NCBI GenBank assembly: GCA_020148145.1 | Contig: JAHCRE010000016.1 | Location: forward strand, 4,456-68,455 | Length of the DNA: 64,000 bases | Direction of reading: 5' to 3' | From: Patescibacteria group bacterium | GTDB lineage: Bacteria; Patescibacteriota; Minisyncoccia; Minisyncoccales; JAHCRE01 | Part shown: positions 41,676 through 50,397 of the stretch, piece by piece | Layout: every line of letters begins with the position of its first letter | Numbering within the stretch: the stretch's first letter is position 1 | Made by a program: the position numbers and the translations under genes | Notes under the pieces: model-generated | Database searches by the model: none | What the model was told of the DNA's origin: nothing | What the model saw: only the letters and a program-made list of their open reading frames with translations

Positions 41676-42665
41676 TTACGATTTCATTATATCATATAAT
41701 AAAGTTTTGTCAATAGTTATCTTGAAATAAAAAGAGAGCGAATTAAATTCGCTCTTATTTTCTGGGATTTCCAAATTCAACTTTTCTTTCAAATCTTTGT
41801 AGCGATTCCTGACTGTAACTTCAGTAATGTCAACAGCATCGGCAAAGTCTTTTTGTGTCCTTTTCTCATTATTTTGCAAACAAGCAATATATAAAACGGC
41901 ACAAGCTATACCCCGAGGACCCCTACCAGAAGTAAGACGTTTTTCTCGGGCCTGGTGAAGAATTCTTATGGCTAATCCTTGAGTTTCTCCAGAGATATAG
42001 AGTATTTCAGCAATCTTTGAAATATAGTCGACTGGATTAAGAATAGGCATTGTAATATTAAGTCCTTTAAGTAAAAGTCGGTAACAGTGACCGATTTCTT
42101 TTTTTGATACTAAACTGGCTTTGGCAATTTCTTGGAGGGCTCTAAGGGTTCCAGTCCTTCGGCAGGCTGCATAAAGGGCGGCAGCAGCAATAGCAATAAT
42201 TGATCTACCGCGAACCAGGCCTTCTTTTAAGGCCTTGCGATAAATAACCGCTGCTTCTTTTTGGACTGGCTTTGGAATGTTAAGCCTATTTGAAAGACGA
42301 TCAAGCTCTTCCATTGCCTTGGCTAAATTTCTCTGGATTGCTGAGTGGTATCTGGAACGTATTTGCCATTTTCTTAGACGCCACATTTGGGACTTAGTGC
42401 CTCTGGGAAGTTTTTTTCCGAAAGCATCATAATCTATTGGACTCATAGTAGTCGGTAAACCTTTATCATGAATCAAAAGAGATTCTGGCGCTCCAGCCCG
42501 GGCCCTTTTCTCTTTTTCTTCTTGAGTAAAAGCTCGCCAATCACGTCCTCTATCAATTATTGGCCTTATGACAAAACCGCAATTCCCGCAAACAATTTCG
42601 CCCAAATCATCATCACGAATAAGATTTTGGCTCCCGCATTCTGGACATTTTTCAACTAATTCCAT
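41676..42665 (-). CDS. archaeal-type transcription initiation factor TFB/TFIIB homolog
   Basis: 329 aa. Zn ribbon CPECGS..CGNCGFVI. B-reader/linker RDWRAF..GAPESLLIHDKGLPT. RLRKWQIR. Two cyclin-fold repeats. C-terminal TEVTVRNRYKDL. Driven by TTGACA-17-TATTAT and SD AAGGAGGTGAGAAA. Confidence 0.85.
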   Translation of the reverse strand: MELVEKCPECGSQNLIRDDDLGEIVCGNCGFVIRPIIDRGRDWRAFTQEEKEKRARAGAPESLLIHDKGLPTTMSPIDYDAFGKKLPRGTKSQMWRLRKWQIRSRYHSAIQRNLAKAMEELDRLSNRLNIPKPVQKEAAVIYRKALKEGLVRGRSIIAIAAAALYAACRRTGTLRALQEIAKASLVSKKEIGHCYRLLLKGLNITMPILNPVDYISKIAEILYISGETQGLAIRILHQAREKRLTSGRGPRGIACAVLYIACLQNNEKRTQKDFADAVDITEVTVRNRYKDLKEKLNLEIPENKSEFNSLSFYFKITIDKTLLYDIMKS

Positions 42666-42823
42666 TTTCTCACCTCCTTTTTGTTTTTTTTAAAGAACAA
42701 CTTTACTGATAATATAATAAGGATTAGATAGAATTTTGTCAATAGTTATCTAATTGAAATAAAAAGAGAGCGAATTAGATTCGCTCTTTGGATTTCTCCT
42801 TTTCTGTTCATAATCAGGGAGCT

Positions 42824-43735
42824 TCAAATCGAAATTATAAAGAGCAACCTTTCCGCTAACTCCTTATATCTATTTCTTATCGTAACTTCGGTTACTTGGG
42901 CAATTTCAGCAATATCTTTTTGAGTGTTCCTTTCACCAGTTAATACTGATGCTATATAACTGGAGGCAGCAGCTATTCCTGTTGGGCCTCTTCCCGATGT
43001 GAGTCTCAGTTCTTTTGCTACAACAAGAATTTTATGAGCAATTTCTTCAACCTTTCCCTGCATAGTTAGTTGGTTGGAAAACTTGGTTATATATTGGCTA
43101 GGTTTTATTGGTGGAATAAAGTAATCAAGCTCTTTAACAAGAAATCGATATCTACTCCCTACTTCTTTTTTATCAACATTAGAAGCTTGAGCAACTTCAT
43201 TAAGAGTTCGTGCAAGTCCACATTTTCTACAGGCTATATATATAGCAGCAGCAGTTATACTTTGAACAGATCTACCCCTAACAAGTCCTTTTTTAGCTGC
43301 TTTTCTATAAATAACAGAAGCAGTTTCTAGAGCATTTTTTGGTAAGTTGAGACTATTAGCTATTTTAGAAATTTTAGGTAAAGCAAAGGCTAAATTTCTT
43401 TCTGGAGCATTTGAAATCCTTATTCTTTTTTGCCATTTCCTTAATCTATGAATCTGAGCTTTTTGTTCAGGGGTTAATTTTGTTCCGAAAACATCGCTAT
43501 CACGCCAATCTATCAATGTAGATAATCCTTTATCATGAATTGTCTGAGTTAGAGGTGCTCCAACTCTTACGCGTTTTGCTCTTTGCTCGTCGTCAAAAGC
43601 CCGCCATTCAGCTCCTCTGTCTACTATTCGGCTTATGACAAAACCGCAATTCCCACAAACAACTTCACCTAATGAATCGTAATCATAAATAAGATTTGGG
43701 CTCCCACATTCTGGACATTTATCAGTTAATCCCAT
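42824..43735 (-). CDS. archaeal-type transcription initiation factor TFB/TFIIB homolog (second copy)
   Basis: 303 aa. CPECGS..CGNCGFVISR..GAEWRAFDDEQRAKRVRVGAPLTQTIHDKGLST, RLRKWQKR, two cyclin repeats, TEVTIRNRYKEL. Confidence 0.9.
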   Translation of the reverse strand: MGLTDKCPECGSPNLIYDYDSLGEVVCGNCGFVISRIVDRGAEWRAFDDEQRAKRVRVGAPLTQTIHDKGLSTLIDWRDSDVFGTKLTPEQKAQIHRLRKWQKRIRISNAPERNLAFALPKISKIANSLNLPKNALETASVIYRKAAKKGLVRGRSVQSITAAAIYIACRKCGLARTLNEVAQASNVDKKEVGSRYRFLVKELDYFIPPIKPSQYITKFSNQLTMQGKVEEIAHKILVVAKELRLTSGRGPTGIAAASSYIASVLTGERNTQKDIAEIAQVTEVTIRNRYKELAERLLFIISI

Positions 43736-43849
43736 TTTTTTATCTCCTTATTTTTAAAGGACAACTTTATTAAAATATGATAAATGTTAATTAAAGTTTT
43801 GTCAAAAAAATTATTGTAAAAAGTCAAAAAATAGTATAATAATATAATT

Positions 43850-45253
43850 ATGTTGAAACTTTACAATACTCTATCTCGGAAAAAAGAAGTTTTTAGACCT
43901 CTAAAAAAGAAAAAGGTTGGCCTTTACACTTGTGGCCCAACTGTTTATTGGTTCGCTCATCTTGGAAATTTAAGAACCTATATTTTTGAGGATATTCTAA
44001 AGCGAGTTTTAGAATATAATAGCTACAAGGTAAAGCATTTAATGAATATCACTGATGTTGGCCATTTGACCTCAGATGCTGATACTGGAGAAGACAAAAT
44101 TGAACTGGCGGCAAGAAGAGAAAGAAAAACCGCCCAACAAATTGCCAATTTTTACACCAAAGCTTTTAAGAAAGATTTGGAACGTTTAAACATTAAAAAG
44201 CCAGATATTTGGATTAAAGCAACCGAAACTATAAAAGACCAAATAAATCTGATTAAAATTTTAGAGAAAAAAGGGGTTACCTATAAGATTTCAGATGGAG
44301 TCTATTTTGATACTTCGAAATTAAAAACTTATGGGAGATTATGGGGAAAGAAAAAAATAAAGATAAAACCTGGAGCAAGAATAGCAATGGCTCCGGGAAA
44401 GAAAAGTCCTACTGATTTCGCTTTGTGGAAATTTGCCCCTTCAGGAGTTAAAAGACAGATGGAATGGGATTCTCCCTGGGGTCGAGGGTTTCCTGGTTGG
44501 CATACTGAATGTGTGGTAATGTCAATAAAACATTTAGGAATTCCCTTTGATATCCATACAGGCGGAATTGATCATATCCCAATTCATCATACCAATGAAA
44601 TTGCCCAAGCTGAAGCTGCTTATGGGAAAGTTTTCGCCAGATATTGGCTCCATGGAGAATTTCTGGTGTTAAAAGAAAACAGGATGGGAAAATCAGAAGG
44701 AAATATTATAACTATGGAAAGATTAAAAGAACAAGGATTTAGCCCCTTAGCCTATCGCTACTTATGCCTGAATTGCCATTATCGAAAGAAGCTTCAATTC
44801 TCCTGGTCAGTTTTAAAAGCCAGTCAAAATGCCTTAGATAATTTTTATCAGAAAATATCAGAAATTAGACCTAAAACTATAGCGCGATTTCGACGATCGT
44901 CAAAATCGCGTTATATGCACAATTTTCAGAAAAAATTCTTGAATTTCATTAATGATGATTTGAACATGCCAAAGGCTTTGGCCCTGATGTGGAACGTTTC
45001 AAAAAATAAAAATCTTTCAAATCAGGAAAAATATACAATTTTATTAGATTTTGATAAAATCTTCGCCTTAGATTTAGCTAAAGTTAAAAAACCAAAAATC
45101 TCCCAAAAAATAAAAAAACTGGTTGAAACCAGAGAAAAATATCGTCAAGAAAAAAAGTGGAAAAAAGCTGATGAAATAAGAAAAAAAATTAAGAAAATGG
45201 GTTATCGGATTGAAGATACTAAAAAGGGACCAAAAATCAAAAAATTATTTTAG
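43850..45253 (+). CDS. cysS: cysteine--tRNA ligase
   Basis: 467 aa. The class I HIGH region reads AHLGN. KMSKS reads RMGKSEGN. Typical CysRS N-terminus [12 protein letters not shown]. Contains the family C palindrome in frame ([11 protein letters not shown]). Confidence 0.9.
   Translation: MLKLYNTLSRKKEVFRPLKKKKVGLYTCGPTVYWFAHLGNLRTYIFEDILKRVLEYNSYKVKHLMNITDVGHLTSDADTGEDKIELAARRERKTAQQIANFYTKAFKKDLERLNIKKPDIWIKATETIKDQINLIKILEKKGVTYKISDGVYFDTSKLKTYGRLWGKKKIKIKPGARIAMAPGKKSPTDFALWKFAPSGVKRQMEWDSPWGRGFPGWHTECVVMSIKHLGIPFDIHTGGIDHIPIHHTNEIAQAEAAYGKVFARYWLHGEFLVLKENRMGKSEGNIITMERLKEQGFSPLAYRYLCLNCHYRKKLQFSWSVLKASQNALDNFYQKISEIRPKTIARFRRSSKSRYMHNFQKKFLNFINDDLNMPKALALMWNVSKNKNLSNQEKYTILLDFDKIFALDLAKVKKPKISQKIKKLVETREKYRQEKKWKKADEIRKKIKKMGYRIEDTKKGPKIKKLF
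44882..44910. repeat. family C palindromic element, in frame inside cysS
   Basis: gcgcgatttcgacgatcgtcaaaatcgcg. Confidence 0.75.
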
Positions 45254-46453
45254 CCAGTCTGAAATATCTTTGTTGAAAACCTTATTTACTTCATCAAGTA
45301 TTTTTTCAACAGAAAGAATTTCTCTTTTCCTTTTTTGTCTCTTTTTTTGGCAAAATTGATAAAAATTTAGAATCTTATTAGTGATTTTTGGCCAGGAATA
45401 TCTCTTGGCTTCTTTTTGACCCCATTCTCCCATTTTTTTTCTTAAATTTTTATTTTTAATTAGAATTTCAATCCTTTCAGTTAAGGCTCTAAAGCCTTTT
45501 GGCTTGACTAAAAATCTCTCTCCTTTTTTCCCTTTAAGAAGTTCTTTATAGCCCTGGTTAGCAAAACCTACCACTGGTAGACCAGAAGCCATAGCTTCCA
45601 ATAAAACTATTCCGAAACTTTCTCCGTAAATAGAAGGGGCACAAAAAATATCAGCGCTTGTAAAATAAGGGGGAAGTTCTTTTCCAGCTCTCTCTCCCTC
45701 AAAATAAGCTTCTTTTAAATTGTGGTCTCTGACCCACAATTGACAATCTTTTTTTAATTCTCCTTCACCAACTATAATTAATCTTAGATTGGAGAATTTT
45801 TTTTCTAAAATTTTATAGGCCTTAAGTAAATAAATTAAACCTTTTCTTTTTTCAATTCTGCCAACAAACAAGATATTAGTTTTACCATCAGAAAATTTTT
45901 TAATTTTTGGAACTTTTGGATTAAACCTTTCAAGGTCTATTCCATTGGGAATAACCGTTTTTGGTCCAGAATAATTTTTAAAGACCTTGAGGGCCAAAGG
46001 AGCAACTCCTATTATCCCATCTATTTTCCATTGGACTATTTTTTTCAAAATATAAAGAAAGACTGGAAAATTTTTTAAAAATTCACTCCCCTCAATATTA
46101 GAATGGAAAGTGAGAATATTTAAGGCCTTAGATCTCTCTAAAATTTGGAAAGAGGAAGGGAAGCCAAAATTGTGAAAATGTAAAATATCAAAATTTTCTT
46201 TTTCAAAAGTATTCTCAATTGCCAAAGGATTAAAATTTATAGCGAAATCTGATTTACTTCCACCAAAAGGAAGAGGAAAAGAAGTTCCCAAAAGAATAAC
46301 ATTTTTTCCATAATTTTCAGACTGCAATCTTCTAGGAGCAATGACTTTTGAAGCAATTCCCTTTTTTTTGAATTCTTTATTTAATCCCAAAACATGAGTT
46401 TTTACTCCCCCTGGTTTCAAAAAAGAATGTAAAGAAATCAATCCGATTTTCAT
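45245..46453 (-). CDS. glycosyltransferase family 4
   Basis: 402 aa. GT-B fold with C-terminal [18 protein letters not shown] (EX7E region). Confidence 0.8.
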   Translation of the reverse strand: MKIGLISLHSFLKPGGVKTHVLGLNKEFKKKGIASKVIAPRRLQSENYGKNVILLGTSFPLPFGGSKSDFAINFNPLAIENTFEKENFDILHFHNFGFPSSFQILERSKALNILTFHSNIEGSEFLKNFPVFLYILKKIVQWKIDGIIGVAPLALKVFKNYSGPKTVIPNGIDLERFNPKVPKIKKFSDGKTNILFVGRIEKRKGLIYLLKAYKILEKKFSNLRLIIVGEGELKKDCQLWVRDHNLKEAYFEGERAGKELPPYFTSADIFCAPSIYGESFGIVLLEAMASGLPVVGFANQGYKELLKGKKGERFLVKPKGFRALTERIEILIKNKNLRKKMGEWGQKEAKRYSWPKITNKILNFYQFCQKKRQKRKREILSVEKILDEVNKVFNKDISDWLK

Positions 46454-46522
46454 AAATTATTTTTTGATTATATCAAAAACCTAGGAACTTGCCAATTGGT
46501 TATCTTTTTGTTAATATCGTAA

Positions 46523-47875
46523 TTGATGAATGAATTACCAGAAAAATTACCCCCTCAATCAATTGAGGCTGAGAGGTCGTTGCTCGGCTGCTTGATGTTA
46601 GATAAAAAGGCAATTATTAAAGTAGCTGATTTTCTGCGCCCAAAAGATTTTTACAAAGGAATTCATCAGGAAATTTACAAAGTAATGATAGATCTTTTTG
46701 AAAGAAGAGAACCTATTGATCTTTTATCAGTTTCCACTCGCCTTAAAGAAAAAAATCTATTGGAGGAAATTGGTAGAAATAGTTACTTAACCGAACTTAT
46801 TAATTCTGTCCCCACCGCTAGCCATGTTTTAAATTATGCCCGAATTGTCCAGAAAAAAAGAGTTTTGCGAGATTTAATTGAGGCTTCACACGAGATTGGA
46901 ACAATGGGCTATAACGAATCAGAAGATACTGATATCTTGTTAGATCGGGCAGAGAAAAGAATTTTTAGTATCGCCCAAAAATCTCTTAGTCAAGATTTTT
47001 TGCCAGTAAAAGAGACCTTAGAAGATGCTTTCGAAAGAATTGACCGATTGTCTAAACAAACAGGGATACCCCGGGGCATTCCCACTGGTTTCACTGACTT
47101 GGATAACATTCTGGCCGGTCTTCAAAAATCTGACTTGATAATTTTAGCTTCAAGACCCACTTTAGGAAAAAGTTCTTTGGCCCTTAATATCGCTGCCAAT
47201 ATTGCCATTTCGAAAAAAATACCGGTGGGCCTATTTAGTTTAGAGATGTCAAAAGACCAAGTTGCGGATAGATTAATTGCCACTCAGGCCAATGTTGATT
47301 TATGGAGATTGAGAACTGGAAGACTTTCTAGTGATGGGGAAGATAATGATTTTGTTAGAATTCAACAGGCCTTAGGTATCTTAGCCGAAGCCCCAATTTA
47401 TATTGATGATGCCCCTTCTCCTAATATTTTACAAATGAGGGCAATGGCCCGAAGATTGCAGGCAGAAAAAGGATTGGGATTAATCATTGTTGATTATCTG
47501 CAATTAATGGAACCGAGAAATCCCAATGATCCGATTGTTCGTCAAATAACTGAAATCTCCAAATCCCTTAAGGCTTTAGCCAGAGAGCTTAATATTCCAG
47601 TTTTAGCCATTTCTCAGCTTTCCCGAGCAGTAGAGCAAAGATCTCCCCAAATTCCCAGACTGGCTGATTTAAGAGAGTCAGGATCGCTTGAGCAAGACGC
47701 TGACGTTGTTTTATTTATCTATCGAGAGGACAGATATAAACCTGATACCGCAAGAAAAAATATTGCTGATATAATTATTGCCAAACACAGAAATGGTCCA
47801 GTAGGAAGAGTTGAATTATATTTTGACGAAAGAAGGGTATCGTTCCACGACTTAGAAAAAGAACTCCAGGAATAG
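46523..47875 (+). CDS. dnaB: replicative DNA helicase
   Basis: 450 aa. N-terminal PPQSIEAERSLLGC. Walker A SRPTLGKSS. DnaB motifs IIVDYLQLM, SQLSRAVE, LRESGSLEQDADVV. Confidence 0.9.
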   Translation: MMNELPEKLPPQSIEAERSLLGCLMLDKKAIIKVADFLRPKDFYKGIHQEIYKVMIDLFERREPIDLLSVSTRLKEKNLLEEIGRNSYLTELINSVPTASHVLNYARIVQKKRVLRDLIEASHEIGTMGYNESEDTDILLDRAEKRIFSIAQKSLSQDFLPVKETLEDAFERIDRLSKQTGIPRGIPTGFTDLDNILAGLQKSDLIILASRPTLGKSSLALNIAANIAISKKIPVGLFSLEMSKDQVADRLIATQANVDLWRLRTGRLSSDGEDNDFVRIQQALGILAEAPIYIDDAPSPNILQMRAMARRLQAEKGLGLIIVDYLQLMEPRNPNDPIVRQITEISKSLKALARELNIPVLAISQLSRAVEQRSPQIPRLADLRESGSLEQDADVVLFIYREDRYKPDTARKNIADIIIAKHRNGPVGRVELYFDERRVSFHDLEKELQE

Positions 47876-47890
47876 GTATTTTCTCATATC

Positions 47891-48009
47891 ACGACCCACA
47901 TCGGAAAGGGGTCGGGAGAACCTTTCGGTTCTCCTGTGTAGGAAAATATTAAAAACCGTGGGTTTTTAAAGAGCGGTGTTAGCGGAGCGAAGCGACGCGT
48001 GCCGCGACC
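47891..48009. repeat. GC-rich mosaic hairpin element, family B (opposite orientation)
   Basis: GGGGTCGGGAGAACCTTTCGGTTCTCCTGTGTAGGAAAATATTAAAAACCGTGGGTTTTTAAAGAGCGG... on the plus strand. Confidence 0.7.
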
Positions 48010-48027
48010 TAACTATGTATTACCACT

Positions 48028-48675
48028 ATGTATCCCAAATCTATTCAAAAACTTATTGATTTATTTTCTAAATTCCCTACAATCGGGCCAAGAACTGCTG
48101 CCCGTTTTGTTTTTTATTTAATGAAAGCAAAAAAAGAGGAAATTAATGAATTAATAAGGTCAATAATTATTTTAAGAAAAAAGATAAAAATTTGTTCTTT
48201 TTGTTTCAATCCCTTTGAGCCCTCCTCCGCTAAGGCTACGAAGGGCAAGGGCGAAGAAAGTCTTTGTGAAATCTGCTCTAACCCATCAAGAGATAGAACG
48301 ATAATTTGTATTGTTGAAAAGGAAACCGATTTGACTTCAATTGAAAAAACAAAAATATATAATGGCCTTTATTTTATTTTAGGCGGGACAGTTTCTGCCT
48401 TAAAAAAAGAAGATATAAAAAAATTAAGGATAAAAGAACTAACTGAGAGAATTAAAAGTCCAGAAAAATTTGGAATTTCAGATTCAAAGTTGAAAGAAGT
48501 CATTATTGCCACTAATCCAACAACTGAAGGCGAGGCTACTGTTTTGTATCTCAAAAGGGTTTTGAAGCCTTTAAAAATAAAAATCACCCGACTTGGCCGG
48601 GGATTACCAGTGGGTGCTGAATTAGAATACTCTGATGAAGAAACCTTAGGATCAGCTTTTGAGGGAAGAAAGTAA
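48028..48675 (+). CDS. recR: recombination protein RecR
   Basis: 215 aa. N-terminal HhH LIDLFSKFPTIGPRTAARFVFYL. Toprim region. The Zn finger CSFC..CEIC is interrupted by a GC-rich in-frame insert. Confidence 0.85.
   Translation: MYPKSIQKLIDLFSKFPTIGPRTAARFVFYLMKAKKEEINELIRSIIILRKKIKICSFCFNPFEPSSAKATKGKGEESLCEICSNPSRDRTIICIVEKETDLTSIEKTKIYNGLYFILGGTVSALKKEDIKKLRIKELTERIKSPEKFGISDSKLKEVIIATNPTTEGEATVLYLKRVLKPLKIKITRLGRGLPVGAELEYSDEETLGSAFEGRK
48217..48256 (+). repeat. GC-rich in-frame insert within the RecR zinc finger
   Basis: gagccctcctccgctaaggctacgaagggcaagggcgaag encodes EPSSAKATKGKGE between the two Cys pairs. The caagggcaaggg motif is also present at 15165. Confidence 0.6.
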
Positions 48676-48692
48676 AATAAAGAAATTAAAGG

Positions 48693-48791
48693 AGCCTCGA
48701 TTGTCGGATTCTCACTGAAATATTAAAACTTTATTAATCAGATTTCAAGTGAATCTACTATGGATCCGACGACAATCGAGGCTTTTTGTTT
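48693..48791 (+). terminator. long-stem terminator after recR
   Basis: AGCCTCGATTGTCGGAT ... ATCCGACGACAATCGAGGCT (17-20 bp arms, about 54-nt loop) followed by TTTTGTTT. Confidence 0.6.
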
Positions 48792-49303
48792 CCCGAAGAA
48801 GGAATACCCTCTCCCTTTTGCAGGGCTGAGGCAAGAGGTACATTTTGTATTATCCCCCATCTAACGTCTGATGGGTAGGTGCCGACTTCTCGGCGTTATT
48901 AATACCCCTTGAATCTCCCCTAATTCCCTATCTGTAAAGGAGTAGGAAACCTTTTTCCTTCGGGTCTCCTCATTACCCCATCCATTCCACATCGGTCCCA
49001 TCTTCTCGAGGGCCAATTATTGCAGGAATGGCTTCGGGATAATAAGGAGAGGACTATCCTGAGTCGCTCGCCCTCCTCCAGCCTTCGGCTGGCGGTCGCT
49101 TTAGCGACCTTCGGGCTCGCTCCTTAGAAACCCACGGTTTCTAACGCTCTCCTTTGGAGAGCTGTTTTCCTACACGGGGAAACACCCAGTTTCCCCGACC
49201 CCCTTTCTGATTTTATTGGAATTGAAATTCCAATAAAATAATTTTCAGAACAATTCTCTCCCTACTATTTTTTAATTTTCAAAGTACTTTCTTCTTGCTT
49301 GAC
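48792..49303 (-). ncRNA. ORF-free structured transcript candidate (about 500 nt) containing a family B element
   Basis: - No ORF of 60 aa or more on either strand across 48676-49462.
- Minus-strand promoter TTGACA-16-TATAAT (49332-49337 / 49310-49315).
- 13-bp perfect palindrome at 49212-49240.
- Long-range pairing ACCCUCUCC (about 48806) with GGAGAGGAC (about 49046).
- Multiple UUCG/GAAG-capped stems. Confidence 0.35.
49061..49203. repeat. GC-rich mosaic hairpin element, family B
   Basis: Minus strand reads GGGGTCGGGGAAACTGGGTGTTTCCCCGTGTAGGAAAACAG..GTTAGAAACCGTGGGTTTCTAAGGAGCGAGCCCGAAGG..GAGGGCGAGCGAC. Confidence 0.7.
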
Positions 49304-49360
49304 ACTTCTATTATAGCAAGCCTACAAAATTTGTCAAGCCATCTACTATTAAATCTCACT

Positions 49361-49396
49361 GTAACGTATTTTCTACGATCGTAGAAAATACACTAC
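49361..49396. repeat. family C palindromic element (intergenic)
   Basis: gtaacgtattttctacgatcgtagaaaatacactac. Confidence 0.75.
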
Positions 49397-49462
49397 ACTC
49401 CTTTTTCCAGCTCACTACGCTTCTTCGGCGCATTACGTCGAAAAAAGAGGGAAAGACGGGAT

Positions 49463-49816
49463 TTAATTGAGGTTTTTATGACAACACTTTCGTTGTTGAA
49501 GATGCTCTAGTAACCCACTAGAGATTACTAATACCGATATTGAAATCAAACCGACGAAGAAAATTGGCGTACACACAGAGATCACAGTATCACTTTTTGT
49601 TTGTCTTGCTTGAAGTTCTTCTGGAGTAAAGCCTAGAGTTTCCGCTAATTGAGGGCTACTCGATGCGAGATGCGGATACATAATGAAACCTGCCACCATA
49701 CCACTAAAACCAATGATTATCATCCCAACAAAGGTTACTAAAGCTACTTGTAATAGTATATCCCCTAGTTTCTTCATTTTCTTTCTCCTGCTCTGTCCGA
49801 GCAAGCTATCTACCAA
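49463..49816 (-). CDS. small membrane protein, hypothetical
   Basis: 117-aa ORF with a likely internal start at MKKLGD. Two to three hydrophobic helices. Confidence 0.4.
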   Translation of the reverse strand: MVDSLLGQSRRKKMKKLGDILLQVALVTFVGMIIIGFSGMVAGFIMYPHLASSSPQLAETLGFTPEELQARQTKSDTVISVCTPIFFVGLISISVLVISSGLLEHLQQRKCCHKNLN

Positions 49817-49955
49817 GGTTGATAGACAATTTGCTCGTGCAGAGCTCTTTCCCTATATTTTTGTATCAAAGAACTATCTCATTTTACGCTTTAATTATAC
49901 ACCCAAATAAAAAATTTGTCAAGGAATTTTGACAAACTTTTTGGCTTTAAATTCT

Positions 49956-50276
49956 TTATTTTTTACTCTCTATCTTAGTTATTTCTACCTCGGTAAAGGG
50001 TTGTCTGTGGCCTTTTTTTACTTTATAACGGGTTTTTGGTTTGTATTTAAACACAATTATTTTTTTTCCTTTCTCCTGTTTTAAAACTTTTCCAATAACC
50101 TTTACTCCTTTAACCAAAGGAGTCCCAAATTCTATTTTTTTCTGTTTTTGCAAAAGTAAAACCTCTTTAAAGGTCACTTTTTTTCCCTCTTTCACATCAA
50201 TTTTTTCAATTTTTATTTTATCTCCTGGCGAGACCAAATATTGCTTCCCACCAGTCTTAATTACCGCCAAAGCCAT
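49956..50276 (-). CDS. rplU: 50S ribosomal protein L21
   Basis: 106 aa. MALAVIKTGGKQYLVSPGDKIKIEKI is the canonical bL21 N-terminus. Confidence 0.9.
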   Translation of the reverse strand: MALAVIKTGGKQYLVSPGDKIKIEKIDVKEGKKVTFKEVLLLQKQKKIEFGTPLVKGVKVIGKVLKQEKGKKIIVFKYKPKTRYKVKKGHRQPFTEVEITKIESKK

Positions 50277-50353
50277 ATTTATAATACTAGGGTCGTCGTA
50301 AGGCGACTCCTTCGAAGTTTACCACTAATCTTAACTACTACTGATATAATTTG

Positions 50354-50387
50354 GACCGCGATTTCTACGATCGTAGAAATCGCGGTC
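50354..50387. repeat. family C palindromic element (intergenic)
   Basis: gaccgcgatttctacgatcgtagaaatcgcggtc, a perfect palindrome. Confidence 0.8.
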
Positions 50388-50397
50388 ATTTCATTTT

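Noticed and set aside
41676-43735. Reading the TFB genes as evidence that the contig is archaeal.
   Set aside because: Flanking and distant genes are unambiguously bacterial (murC, ftsI, mraZ, rsmH, dnaB, dnaX, recR, efp, bL21). The TFB genes themselves use bacterial-type -35/-10 promoters, SD sites and hairpin+U terminators.
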